A stretch of DNA of 64,000 nucleotides from Oligosphaeraceae bacterium (GCA_051884615.1 JBJEVT010000041.1:125898-189897), one strand, 5' to 3'. Counted from the stretch's first letter, positions 44,279 to 54,089 are shown. Program-made: numbers and translations. Notes: generated from the sequence alone by a model not told the origin.

Positions 44279-45793
44279 ATGCCCGCCGCTTTCGACAACC
44301 AAAAATATCTCGACGCCCAGAAAGCCTCCATTCTCCAGCGCGCCGCCCGGGGGGAGGGGCGTCTCTATCTGGAGTTCGGTGGCAAGCTCATGGGGGACTT
44401 CCACGCCGCCCGGATTCTTCCGGGCTACGACCCGGACGTGAAGGTGCGCCTGCTCCAGAGCCTCTCCTCCGAGGCGGACATCATCGTCTGCATCTATGCG
44501 GAGGACATCGAGCGGAAGCGCATCCGCGCGGATTTCGGCATCACCTACGACAATGCGGCCATGAAGCTCATCGACGATCTCCACGGGGTGGGGGTGGAGG
44601 TGACGGCGGTGGTGGTCACCCGGTATTCCGGGCAGCCCGCCGTGCAGACCTTCAAGCGCCGTCTGGAACGCCATGGCATCCAGGTCTTCCTCCACGGCAA
44701 CCTGGACGGATATCCCAACCAGGTGGAGCGCATCGCCAGCGCCGAGGGGCTGGGCTCCCTCCGCTATGTGCCCGTGAGCCGCCCCCTGGTGGTGGTCACC
44801 GGCCCCGGCCCCAACTCCGGAAAGATGGGCACCTGCCTCAGCCAAATCTACCACGAATTCCAGCAGGGACGCCCCGCCCGCTACGCAAAATTCGAGAGCT
44901 TCCCCGTCTGGAACCTCCCCTTGAGCCACCCGGTGAACATCGCCTACGAATCCGCCACCGCCGACCTCCAGGACAACAACGCCATGGACCACTTCCACTT
45001 CGAGGCGTACGGCGTGGCCTCCGTGAACTACAACCGGGATCTCCAGACCTTCCCCCTCCTGAAAGCCCTCCTGGAACGCATCTCCGGAGGACAGGGCGGC
45101 GGGTATCGCTCCCCCACCGACATGGGGGTGAACTGCATCGCCGCCGGCATCGTGGACGACGATGCCGTGCGGAAGGCGGCCCAAATGGAGATCATCCGGC
45201 GCTACTTCCAGTATGTGGCCGCCCAGGAGCTGGGGCGGGCCACCGAGGCGACCGTCCAGCGGGCGGAGGAGCTGGTGCGCCGGGCGGGCCTGAAGCCCAC
45301 GGACCGGGTTGTGGTGGAGAAAGCCCGGGAGACTGCCCAGCGCTGTGAAACCGAGGGGGAAGGAGACGGCGGCATCTTCTGCGGCGCCGCCATCCAGCTG
45401 CCCGACGGCTTCGTGGCCACCGGCATGAACTCCAGCCTCATGCACTCCGCCGTGGCCATGATCCTGAATGCCGTGCGCCATCTGGCCGGCATCCCCAGGG
45501 ACCAGCATCTCCTGCAGCCGGACATCCTGGAGAAGGTGGCCCGCTTCAAGCATGGCCTGGGCACCAGCGCCAAGCGCAGCGGCCTCAACCTCTCCGAGGC
45601 CCTGATCGTGCTCACGGTCTCCTGCGCCACCTCCCCCCAGGGGCAGAAGGCCCTGGACTGCCTGGCACGGCTGAAGGGCTGCGACGTCCATCTCTCCCAC
45701 ACCCCGGGCCACGGCGACGAGCAGGGATTGCGCCATCTGGGCTGCTCCTACACCTACGATCCCCTGCCCCCCACCAAAAAACTCTTCCCCTGA
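44279..45793 (+). CDS. DUF1846 (UPF0371) family protein
   Basis: FDNQKYLDAQKASILQR...GRLYLEFGGKLMGDFHAARILPGYDPD...VVTGPGPNSGKMGTCLSQIYHE...YAKFESFPVWNLPLSHPVNIAYESATADL tracks the conserved UPF0371 sequence I recall from Firmicutes. Confidence 0.85.
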   Translation: MPAAFDNQKYLDAQKASILQRAARGEGRLYLEFGGKLMGDFHAARILPGYDPDVKVRLLQSLSSEADIIVCIYAEDIERKRIRADFGITYDNAAMKLIDDLHGVGVEVTAVVVTRYSGQPAVQTFKRRLERHGIQVFLHGNLDGYPNQVERIASAEGLGSLRYVPVSRPLVVVTGPGPNSGKMGTCLSQIYHEFQQGRPARYAKFESFPVWNLPLSHPVNIAYESATADLQDNNAMDHFHFEAYGVASVNYNRDLQTFPLLKALLERISGGQGGGYRSPTDMGVNCIAAGIVDDDAVRKAAQMEIIRRYFQYVAAQELGRATEATVQRAEELVRRAGLKPTDRVVVEKARETAQRCETEGEGDGGIFCGAAIQLPDGFVATGMNSSLMHSAVAMILNAVRHLAGIPRDQHLLQPDILEKVARFKHGLGTSAKRSGLNLSEALIVLTVSCATSPQGQKALDCLARLKGCDVHLSHTPGHGDEQGLRHLGCSYTYDPLPPTKKLFP

Positions 45794-45820
45794 GGCCGCC
45801 CGCCCCGGCCACCCCGCCCC

Positions 45821-48811
45821 ATGGATGAGCTGACGGTATCCCCTCTGAAGACTCCGCGGAAAAGGAATCCCGGGAGAGATCAGGCGCTGGATTCCCAGGG
45901 GCAGCTGGTGGAATATGAGCGGGGCTATTTGCGAAGGAAGGCCCAGGCGGCGCGGGGCGTCCTCCCCTCCTCCCGGAAGCGCCGGGACGAGGGGTTTCTC
46001 CCGGAAGTCTCTCCCGGGCTGGCCGTGGAATTCCTTTATGTCTTGGAATTGCCCTCCCTCCCTGCCCGGCTCGAGGAGGCGCTGACCCTGGATGTCTGGT
46101 GGAGAGCCCGGGGCGCCGCCCCCTCCCCCCTCCAGCCTGTGGTGGAACAGCCCGACCTGCAGGTGCCACGGCCGGAGGACCAGGCCCTGCTTTCCTGGCT
46201 TCATCCCTATCGGGAGAAGCGCCCGGGCTGCCGGGGCAACCGCTATCTGGTGCCCCAGGAGGCCCAGCGCGCCCTCTGCCCCCTCCTCTTCGCCCTCCCC
46301 GACTCCCTGCGGTGGGCCAGCCGGATTCCCGGGGAACCCTGGAGGCTCCATCGCCTCTCCCAGGCAGGGGAGTCCCCCTGGTTCGCCCGCTGGGAACATT
46401 CCCCCCAGGGCTTGCGCCGTCTGGTCCTGTGGATTGGCGCCCAGGCGGGGGACGTCCCCCTGGAGGAATGGCTGGCGCTCTCCCAGGCGGGCTGGGCGCT
46501 GACGCCCCAGGGGCTCCATCTCCTGGACATCCACCTGGCGGCTCCCCGGCTGCTCCCCCGCATCGGCGCCCCCATGCCTTGGATGGACCGGCGGGAAGCC
46601 AGCCACTGGGGAGAGCTGCTGGCCCTGGACGGCGGGGCGGATCTCTCCCAGATTCCCGAAGCGGAGCAGATTCCCGTGGATTCCCTCCCTCCCCTGGGCA
46701 GACTCTATATCACCCCCGCCCGGTTCAAACATCTGGGCAAGGAACAGCTCCAGGGAGAACTCTCCTTCCGCTACGGCGACACTCTCTGCCCCGAGGACTC
46801 CCCGGAACCCCGGCTGGCCGGACGACACCAGATCCTGCTGCGGCAACCCCAGGAGGAGGAACGGCTGAAGGACCGCCTGAAGAAGCTGGGATTCCGCAAC
46901 GTGACCCGCACCGGAGGCGACGAGGACCCCGGCTGGAAGCTCCTGCCCGTCCAACTGGAGAAGGCCGTCCAGGCGCTGGTGCTGGAGGGGTGGGAGGTGA
47001 CCGCCCAGGGCAAGACCTACCGGCGCCCCGTGGAGAAGTCCTTCGGCGTGGCAGGCTACGGGCTGGATTGGCTGGAGCTGAAGGCCGATGTGGAATTTCC
47101 CGACGGCACCCGCCTGGCGACCCCGCAGCTCCTCCAAATCGCCCGGAAGGGAATCCGCTCCGTGCGCCTGGATGACGGCACCTATGGCATCCTGCCCCGG
47201 GAATGGCTGGAGAAATTCACCTCCCTGGTGGAAATCGGGGAATCCGACGACCAGAAGGTGCGCTTTCGCCAGGAACAGGCCGCCCTCCTGGACGCCCTTC
47301 TCCAGGAACAGCTCAAGGACTGGGATGGACGCTACGGCGAAATCCTGGAGAATCTTCGCCGGGTTCCCCCGCGTTCCGAAGCCCCGGAGCCCACCGCCCT
47401 CCCCCCCTGGTTCCAGGCACAGCTGCGCCCCTACCAAAGCGCCGCCCTGGACTGGCTCACCCGCCAGGAACGCCGGGGACTCTCCTGCATCCTGGCAGAC
47501 GACATGGGACTGGGAAAGACCGTCCAGGTGCTGGCCCTTCTTGCCCGGCGCCACCAGGAAAATCCCTTGTCTCCCTCCCTGGTGGTCATGCCCAGCTCCC
47601 TGCTCTTCAACTGGCAGGAGGAAGCCAGGCGGTTCGCCCCCGCCCTGCGCACCGCCTGCCATCACGGCCCCTCCCGCCTCCCCACCCCGGAGTGGTTCTC
47701 CCAATACGACCTGGTCTTCACCACCTACGGCACCCTGCGGCAGGACGCCCCGAAGCTGGCTGAAATCCCCCTGGACTACCTGGTGCTGGACGAATCCCAG
47801 GCCATCAAGAACGGGGAGAGCCTCACCGCCAAGGCCGCCCGGGCCCTCAAGGCGCGGCACCGCCTGGCCCTGACCGGAACCCCCGTGGAAAACCACCTGG
47901 CCGAACTCTTCAGCCAACTCACCTTCCTGAATCCGGGACTCTTCCCCGAATCCCTCACCCGCACCGTGGCACGGGACAACGGCATCCTCGCCAACCCCGA
48001 GACCGCCCGGCGGGTGCGCCAGGCCGTGGCCCCCTTCATCCTCCGACGCCGCAAGGAACAGGTGGCCACAGACCTGCCCCCCAAGACGGAGCAAATCCTC
48101 TGGTGCGACCTCCCGCCCCTCCAGAGGGAACAGTACGACCAGCTGCGGAACTACTACCGCCAGAAATTCTCCCAGGGAGGAGAAGAGGCCCCGGGGACGG
48201 GCACCATGCTGGACGCCCTCCTGCGCCTTCGCCAGGCCGCCTGCCACCCCGGACTGATCCAGGAGGCCCGCCGACAGGAGGAAACCGCCAAGCTCACCTG
48301 CCTCCAGCTCACCCTCGCCCCCCTCCTGGAGGCAGGACACAAGGCCCTGATCTTCTCCCAGTTCACCACCCTCCTCCATCTGGTGGAATCCCTCTGCCAA
48401 CAGGAACATTGGGGATATGTCTATCTGGACGGCACTACCCAGAACCGGCAGGAGGTGGTCCGCCAATTCCAGGAGGATCCCCAAATCCCCCTCTTCCTCA
48501 TCAGCCTGAAAGCCGGCGGCGTGGGCCTGAATCTCACGGCGGCGGACTATGTCTTCCTCCTGGATCCCTGGTGGAATCCCGCCGCGGAAGCCCAGGCCAT
48601 CGACCGCTGCTACCGCATCGGCCAGACCCGGCCCGTCTTCGCCTACCGCCTGGTGGCCCGGGACACCGTGGAGGAAAAAGTCCTGGAGATGCAGCGGCGA
48701 AAGCAACGGGTGGCACGGGCCGCCCTGGGAGAGCAGACCGCCCAAAGGGGCGATCCCCTGGACGCCCCGCCGGAACTCACGGCAGAAGATCTCCGACTCC
48801 TCCTGGAATAG
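45821..48811 (+). CDS. SNF2/RAD54-family helicase-like ATPase with an N-terminal region of about 520 aa and unknown function
   Basis: LRPYQSAALDWL, ILADDMGLGKTVQ (motif I), VLDESQAIKN (DExx), LTGTPVEN, then helicase-C motifs (LIFSQFT, SLKAGGVGLNLTAADYVFLLDPWWNPAAEAQAIDRCYRIGQ). Confidence 0.9.
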   Translation: MDELTVSPLKTPRKRNPGRDQALDSQGQLVEYERGYLRRKAQAARGVLPSSRKRRDEGFLPEVSPGLAVEFLYVLELPSLPARLEEALTLDVWWRARGAAPSPLQPVVEQPDLQVPRPEDQALLSWLHPYREKRPGCRGNRYLVPQEAQRALCPLLFALPDSLRWASRIPGEPWRLHRLSQAGESPWFARWEHSPQGLRRLVLWIGAQAGDVPLEEWLALSQAGWALTPQGLHLLDIHLAAPRLLPRIGAPMPWMDRREASHWGELLALDGGADLSQIPEAEQIPVDSLPPLGRLYITPARFKHLGKEQLQGELSFRYGDTLCPEDSPEPRLAGRHQILLRQPQEEERLKDRLKKLGFRNVTRTGGDEDPGWKLLPVQLEKAVQALVLEGWEVTAQGKTYRRPVEKSFGVAGYGLDWLELKADVEFPDGTRLATPQLLQIARKGIRSVRLDDGTYGILPREWLEKFTSLVEIGESDDQKVRFRQEQAALLDALLQEQLKDWDGRYGEILENLRRVPPRSEAPEPTALPPWFQAQLRPYQSAALDWLTRQERRGLSCILADDMGLGKTVQVLALLARRHQENPLSPSLVVMPSSLLFNWQEEARRFAPALRTACHHGPSRLPTPEWFSQYDLVFTTYGTLRQDAPKLAEIPLDYLVLDESQAIKNGESLTAKAARALKARHRLALTGTPVENHLAELFSQLTFLNPGLFPESLTRTVARDNGILANPETARRVRQAVAPFILRRRKEQVATDLPPKTEQILWCDLPPLQREQYDQLRNYYRQKFSQGGEEAPGTGTMLDALLRLRQAACHPGLIQEARRQEETAKLTCLQLTLAPLLEAGHKALIFSQFTTLLHLVESLCQQEHWGYVYLDGTTQNRQEVVRQFQEDPQIPLFLISLKAGGVGLNLTAADYVFLLDPWWNPAAEAQAIDRCYRIGQTRPVFAYRLVARDTVEEKVLEMQRRKQRVARAALGEQTAQRGDPLDAPPELTAEDLRLLLE

Positions 48812-48971
48812 AAGCAGGGCGAGCCCGGAAAGGGCGCTGACGCTTCCACACAGACCACACGGAGGCGCCTGCGGCCCACCCCCCCGCCGGCTCTGTCTAT
48901 AGGAAGTAACTCCTAGGGAATCTAGAACATCCAGCCTATCTCGCCTCTTTCGTCCCCCCGTTTCGGGGGCG

Positions 48972-49793
48972 TCAGCCCAACAGCTGCAGATAGAAATGGA
49001 GAGCCACGCCCATGGGCAGCAGGCTGTCCATCATGTCCAGCACCCCGCCCAGGCCAGGCACCTTGCCGGAATCCTTGGCTCCCGCCGCCCGCTTCCACAG
49101 GGATTCGCAGAGATCCCCCAGCAGTCCCAAGGTGGCTGCCAGGACGCCGAAGAGGACGCCCCCCAGGCATCCCCCAGGAAGCAGCCCCTGCCGGAAATGG
49201 AGGAAGAGGAGGGAGGCGACCACGGAGAAGAGGATGCCCCCCAGGAGTCCCTCCCAGCTCTTCTTGGGACTCACATGAGGAGAGAGCTTGTGGTTGCCCC
49301 CGGGCAGCCTGGCCGTCAGGCTTCCCAGAAGATAGGCGCCGATGTCGGCGATCTTGGTGACCACCACGAGATAGGCCATGAGCATCGGGCCCTCCGGGCG
49401 TCCGTAGAAGATGCCCGCCAGGAAGGAGAGGCTCCAGCAGACCAGGAGCCCCACCAGGAGGATGCCCGCCACCCGGTCCAGGGTCTGCCGGGTCACCTCC
49501 CGGGAGAAATGGAGGGCAAAGGCCGCCAGGACGAAGAGCATCAGGAGGGCGCCATCCAGCCCCCAGCCGCCCCAGCTGTTGGCGACGAGGGTCACCGCAT
49601 AGACGTCCAGCAGAATCTCCTCCTTCTTCCAGGGCGAGAATCCGCACAAGAGGACGCCCTCGTGGTTGGCGGTGAAGAGCATGGCCGCCGCCAGGGCGGC
49701 GAAGGCGCTCCTGCCCCAGACGCCCGGCAGGAAGAAGGCGGCGAAGACGACGCAGAGGAGGGGAATGGCGACTTTCAGGCGGTCTCGGAGCAT
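48972..49793 (-). CDS. Phosphatidate cytidylyltransferase (CdsA) family protein with a deviant signature
   Basis: From Met at 49793 (273 aa): the protein is polytopic. The C-terminal SLWKRAAGAKDSGKVPGLGGVLDMMDSL aligns with the CdsA signature S-x-x-KR-x4-KD-x5-PGHGG-x2-DR-x-D, but has L for H and M for R. Confidence 0.8.
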   Translation of the reverse strand: MLRDRLKVAIPLLCVVFAAFFLPGVWGRSAFAALAAAMLFTANHEGVLLCGFSPWKKEEILLDVYAVTLVANSWGGWGLDGALLMLFVLAAFALHFSREVTRQTLDRVAGILLVGLLVCWSLSFLAGIFYGRPEGPMLMAYLVVVTKIADIGAYLLGSLTARLPGGNHKLSPHVSPKKSWEGLLGGILFSVVASLLFLHFRQGLLPGGCLGGVLFGVLAATLGLLGDLCESLWKRAAGAKDSGKVPGLGGVLDMMDSLLPMGVALHFYLQLLG

Positions 49794-50045
49794 GGGCGGG
49801 AATTTCGAGAAAAGGGGGCTGGGAGGAAAGGAGGGGGAAAGGGACGGCAGGGGAAGTGTTATCTTAACCCCTGCGTCTTCCCCGGCAACGGGATACCGGA
49901 GGCGCAGACAGAAACGGGGGGACGGGCGACGGGACGGGCCACGCCAGGCGCCTCCCCGCCAGACTCTCTCTTCTCCGGCAACGGAAGGGCGGCAGGGGAA
50001 ATGCCTCTCTCGCCACCGCCCGGAATGCCGGGAATATAACCAGAA

Positions 50046-50912
50046 ATGACCATGCGTTTTCACGAGGAATTGACAAGTCTCCAGAATCCCAAGGTAAAGC
50101 AGGTGGTGCGCTGGCGCGACCGCCCCGACCGGGATGACAGCCAGGTGGTCCTGGCCGAGGGCTACCGCGCCCTGGTGCGCGCCCTGGCAGGCAACTACCC
50201 CCTGAAGGAGATTTTCGTCTGCCCCGAATGTTTCCCCCCGGAAAAACACCACGAGGAGGAATTGCTGGAGCAGTGGGCCGCCCGGGGCGCCAGACTCATC
50301 CGGGTCTCCCCCCCCGCCTTCGCCAAGATGTGCTACCGGGACCGTCCCGAGGGATTGCTGGGCATCGGGCCCCAGGTCCACCGGGGACTGGACAAGCTGC
50401 CCCACTCCGCAAACCCCTTCTTCCTGGTGGCGGAACAAATCGAAAAACCCGGCAACCTGGGCACCATCATGCGCTCCTCCGACGCCGTGGGCGTGGACGG
50501 ACTGATTCTCTGCGACTCCCGCACCGACCTCTTCAACCCCAACGTGGTCCGCGCCAGCACCGGAAATCTCTTCACCCTCCCCGTGGCGGAGGCCACCACC
50601 CGGGAAACCATCCCCTGGCTGAAACAACAGGGGGTCCGCATCCTGGCGACCTCCCCCCATGTGGACACCCTCTACACCCAGGTGGACCTCACCACCCCCG
50701 TGGCCGTGGCCGTGGGCGCCGAACAATACGGACTCACCCGGGAATGGCTCCAACAGGCGGATCTGGTGGTGAGGCTCCCCATGATGGGGGAGGCCGACTC
50801 CCTCAACGTCTCCACCGCCACCTCCATCCTCCTCTACGAAGTCCTCCGCCAGCGGCTCCAGGCCGGCTTGGTGGAAGACCCCGGGAAAGTCCCCGATTCC
50901 GCCGATTGCTGA
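50046..50912 (+). CDS. TrmH/SpoU-family RNA 2'-O-methyltransferase
   Basis: SPOUT motifs are EKPGNLGTIMRSSDAVG, NPNVVRASTGNLF and LPMMGEADSLNVSTATSILLYE. An N-terminal substrate-binding domain is present. Confidence 0.88.
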   Translation: MTMRFHEELTSLQNPKVKQVVRWRDRPDRDDSQVVLAEGYRALVRALAGNYPLKEIFVCPECFPPEKHHEEELLEQWAARGARLIRVSPPAFAKMCYRDRPEGLLGIGPQVHRGLDKLPHSANPFFLVAEQIEKPGNLGTIMRSSDAVGVDGLILCDSRTDLFNPNVVRASTGNLFTLPVAEATTRETIPWLKQQGVRILATSPHVDTLYTQVDLTTPVAVAVGAEQYGLTREWLQQADLVVRLPMMGEADSLNVSTATSILLYEVLRQRLQAGLVEDPGKVPDSADC

Positions 50913-50929
50913 CTCTGGATTTCATATTG

Positions 50930-50960
50930 TTATAACTCGTTGAATATAAAGATGTTATAA
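50930..50960. repeat. 31-nt AT-rich palindromic intergenic motif, copy 2 (TTATAACTCGTTGAATATAAAGATGTTATAA)
   Basis: Read directly. It lies 18 nt after the methyltransferase stop and 20 nt before the transpeptidase ATG. The flanks extend the palindrome (ATTGTTATAAC ... GTTATAACAAACAAT). Confidence 0.9.
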
Positions 50961-50980
50961 CAAACAATACCCCCTAGCCC

Positions 50981-52789
50981 ATGCCCGAGAAGCGACGCCA
51001 GCAAGATGCCGATCCCCCGGAGGAGGGGACGCCGGGCCGGGGCCGGGTCGGCTTCTTCTCCCTGCTGGTCACCCTGGTCTTCCTGGGGCTGCTGGCGGTG
51101 GTGGGCTGGGTGCAGCTGCGTCCCTCCCGGGCCTTGCTGGAAAAAGCCGTCCGGGAGCAGAACCGCCTGGTGTATGTGCCCGCCTGCCGGGGGGAACTGC
51201 AGGCGCGGGACGGCGCGCCCCTGAATCTGACCCTGCCCAGCTACGCCATCGTCATCCGGCCGGACATGGTGCGGGATCCCCGGGACACCCGCATGACCAC
51301 CCTGGCCAAGCTGGAGGAGGAGATCGCCTCCCTGGCCTCCGCGCTGGGCCCCGAAGCCTACCTGAAACGCCCGGGACGGGACCAGATCCTCCGGCATCTC
51401 CGGACCGCCCCCGCCCTCCCCCTGACCCTCTGGGACGAGGTGGACGCGGAGACCCGGGCGCGCTGGCTGGCCCTGCAGCAAAAACACCCCGCCACGGAAC
51501 TCCTCCTCTCCTGGAAACGACTCTACCAGGAGCCGGAGCTTGCCTACCATCTCCGGGGCAGAGTCCGCTCCGCTCCCCCCCGGCGGGATGGCATCCGGCG
51601 CTTCTGGAACGCCAGTTCCCCGGAACTCCAGGGCTTCTCCGGCATGGAGCGGACGCTGGACTATCTCCTGGCGGGCAGCGCCGGCGCGGAACTGCTCCAG
51701 ACCGATGTCCTTTCCTACCGCAGCCAGGTCCTGGAATACCAGGCGGCCGTCCGGGGGGACGACTGCCGGCTGGCCCTCTGCCTCCCCGCCCAGCGCGCGG
51801 CCGAGGAGGCGTTCCGTCGCCAGGGGCTCTCCGGGGCGGTGGTGGCCCTGGAGATGGAGACGGGGAAGGTGCTGGTGATGGCCTCCCTCCCCTCCCCCTC
51901 CCTGGCGGGCGGCACCTCCTCCCCCCAGGGAAAATCCGGCGGCGAGCAGGTGAACCGCGCCCTGGCGGGATACTATCCCCCCGGCTCCATCCTGAAACCC
52001 CTCCTGGCGCTCTATGCCCTGGAACACGGGGTGGTCTCCCCCCGCGCCCCCCTGGTCCTGGATTGCCCGGGATATTTCTCCCTGGGGGGCGGCAAACGCC
52101 TGGGATGCTCCCATGTCCACGGGAAAGTGGACCTGGTCCACGCCCTCTCCCTCTCCTGCAACACCTACTTCTGCACCCTCGCGGGAAAGCTGAGCCGGGA
52201 ACAATGGGATGATTTCGCCGCCTTCTTCGCCTTCGGACAAAAAACCGGCGCCGACCTCCAGGAACAGGAAATCAACGGCATCCCCTTCTCCCCCGCCTGG
52301 GTCAAAGAACACCGCAAAGGAGACAAGGCATGGCACCCAGGGGACGCCGCCAACGGCGCCATCGGACAGGGAGGCTGGATCATCACCCCCATGCAAATCG
52401 CCCTTGCCATGAACTACGCCTTCACCGGAAAACTCTTCGCCCCCCGCTACGCCCTGGACGACGAACCCTCCCTCCGCACCACCCACGCCTTCCCCGCGGA
52501 AGCCCTGGCCATCCTCAAAGATGGCATGCGACAGTGCGTCCTCCAAGGCACCGGACAATCCCTGAACACCCCGCAGCTGGAAATCCTGGCCAAAACCGGC
52601 ACCGCGGAAACCGGACGGAATCAACGACCCCATGCCTGGGTGGTTGCCCTGGCGCCCGCCAACCAGCCCCGTTTCCTGGTGGTGGTGGTGGCGGAACACG
52701 GGGGAGGCGGCGGGAAAGTGGCAGGCCCCATCGCCCGGGATGTCCTCCTGCAGCTCCACCGGGAAATCCCGCCGCCATCCCCGCTTTGA
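50981..52789 (+). CDS. Class B penicillin-binding protein (PBP2/FtsI-type peptidoglycan D,D-transpeptidase)
   Basis: An N-terminal TM anchor is followed by the SxxK (PGSILKP), SxN (LSCN) and KTG (AKTGTAE) active-site motifs in the correct order. Confidence 0.9.
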   Translation: MPEKRRQQDADPPEEGTPGRGRVGFFSLLVTLVFLGLLAVVGWVQLRPSRALLEKAVREQNRLVYVPACRGELQARDGAPLNLTLPSYAIVIRPDMVRDPRDTRMTTLAKLEEEIASLASALGPEAYLKRPGRDQILRHLRTAPALPLTLWDEVDAETRARWLALQQKHPATELLLSWKRLYQEPELAYHLRGRVRSAPPRRDGIRRFWNASSPELQGFSGMERTLDYLLAGSAGAELLQTDVLSYRSQVLEYQAAVRGDDCRLALCLPAQRAAEEAFRRQGLSGAVVALEMETGKVLVMASLPSPSLAGGTSSPQGKSGGEQVNRALAGYYPPGSILKPLLALYALEHGVVSPRAPLVLDCPGYFSLGGGKRLGCSHVHGKVDLVHALSLSCNTYFCTLAGKLSREQWDDFAAFFAFGQKTGADLQEQEINGIPFSPAWVKEHRKGDKAWHPGDAANGAIGQGGWIITPMQIALAMNYAFTGKLFAPRYALDDEPSLRTTHAFPAEALAILKDGMRQCVLQGTGQSLNTPQLEILAKTGTAETGRNQRPHAWVVALAPANQPRFLVVVVAEHGGGGGKVAGPIARDVLLQLHREIPPPSPL

Positions 52790-52794
52790 CCTCA

Positions 52795-52856
52795 AAAAAG
52801 AGCCAGGCAGGACGATGCCCCGGGATCTTTTCCTGGCTTCCCCTTTTTCTTTTTGC
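52795..52856 (+). terminator. Probable intrinsic terminator after the PBP gene
   Basis: An A-tract precedes the stem agccagg / cctggct (large 24-nt loop), which is followed by tcccctttttcttttt. Confidence 0.45.
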
Positions 52857-52891
52857 ACAAGTCAATTGATATTTTGCCCAGTGCAAACAGA

Positions 52892-53394
52892 ATGGGGAGG
52901 CGCCAGCTGATTCAGCGCATCAAGAACTATCTGCGGAAGACGTTGGGCATGGAGGTCCGGGCCGTTCCCCGGGAGAACCGGTCTTTTCCCGCCTGCCTGG
53001 GATGGAGTTTTGATTTTTATAAAACCGTCCTTGGCCGCCGCCCCTGTCTTCTAGCCCTGGAAAAGCCGGGAGTCCACCTGACCCCGCCGACCATCGACAA
53101 AAGCTTCGCGGCACTTTCGCCCCACGCGGGGGGGGCGCGGTGGTTGTTTTTGCCTGCGAGACCATGCCCGCCTATGAGAGGCAGCGGCTAATGCAACGCC
53201 GGATTCCCTTCCTCATCCCCGACCGCCAGCTCTATCTTCCTTTTCCCGCCAGGGTCTTTTCCGAGTTTGGCACGAAGAAGCAACGGAGTTTCGAGGGTCT
53301 TGGCAACGGGGCGCAAATCCTCCTGTTGCGCTGGTGGAATGGTCTTTCCGCCGAGTTCAGCCTCCCGGAGGCGAGGAACGCCACCTGCCTGTAG
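52892..53394 (+). pseudogene. Frameshifted (in a G8 run) and probably 3'-truncated gene of unknown family
   Basis: ORFs 52853-53191 and 53140-53394 join into one reading frame if one G is added to the run at 53128-53135, giving ...FAALSPHAGGGAVVVFACETMPAYERQRLMQRRIPFLIPDRQLYLPF.... Both halves have protein-like composition. Confidence 0.5.
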
Positions 53395-54089
53395 CTCCTC
53401 GCCAGTGCCGATCCTGCGACGCTTCCCCGTATACCCATGTTAGCCAGGACGCCAAGGGCAGCGGAAGTCTGACGGAGACTCTGCCCGACGGAAGATGCCG
53501 CAGGTCCTGCCGTCTTTAGAGCCTCGCCCAAGTCCGTCAGAGTCTGGGCAGAACCGTTGGCGGTGGCGGCAAGGTAATCGGATGCAGGACCAATGTCCTG
53601 CGCACCAAGGCCGAAGACGCGCAAGTTGTTTGCAGCGATAGTGGCGGCCGTCGCAAGGTCGGTGCCGGTGGCCTGGGACAGGGCCATGATGGTCCCCGTC
53701 GCCTCCTTGATCTCCTCCGGGGAGAATCCCATCATCCCAAGGGACTGCATCCCGCTGGCCACCTGGGAGGACGTGAAGGCAGTAGAAGCCCCAAGTTCCC
53801 TGGCCAAGTCGTTCAGTTCCTTCAAATTGTCGCCTGTCGCACCCGTGACGGCACCAACTCGGCGCATCACATCGTCAAATCCTGCGAAAGCCTTGACACC
53901 CCCCGCAAACGGTGCAAGCATCTTCTCCCCGATGTCCTGGAGTGGTTGCCCAAATTTTGCGCACGCCTTGGCAAAGTTTCGAGTCTTGTCCTCTAAACCA
54001 TTGAGATCTTTCAGGAAGCCGTCTGACTCAAGGACAACCTGAGGATATGAATATGCGGCAAATTTATCACTGGGAACAGTTCCACTCAT
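53232..54089 (-). pseudogene. Phage tail tape-measure protein, N-terminal fragment (TP901-type core), truncated near 53395
   Basis: FDDVMRRVGAVTGATGDNLKELNDLARELGASTAFTSSQVASGMQSLGMMGFSPEEIKEATGTIMALSQATGTDLATAATIAANNLRVFGL...LGVLANMGIRGSVAGSALARSY matches the conserved TMP core as I recall it. The last ~55 codons run antisense through the neighbouring gene and look non-homologous. Intact TMPs are several-fold longer. Confidence 0.7.
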
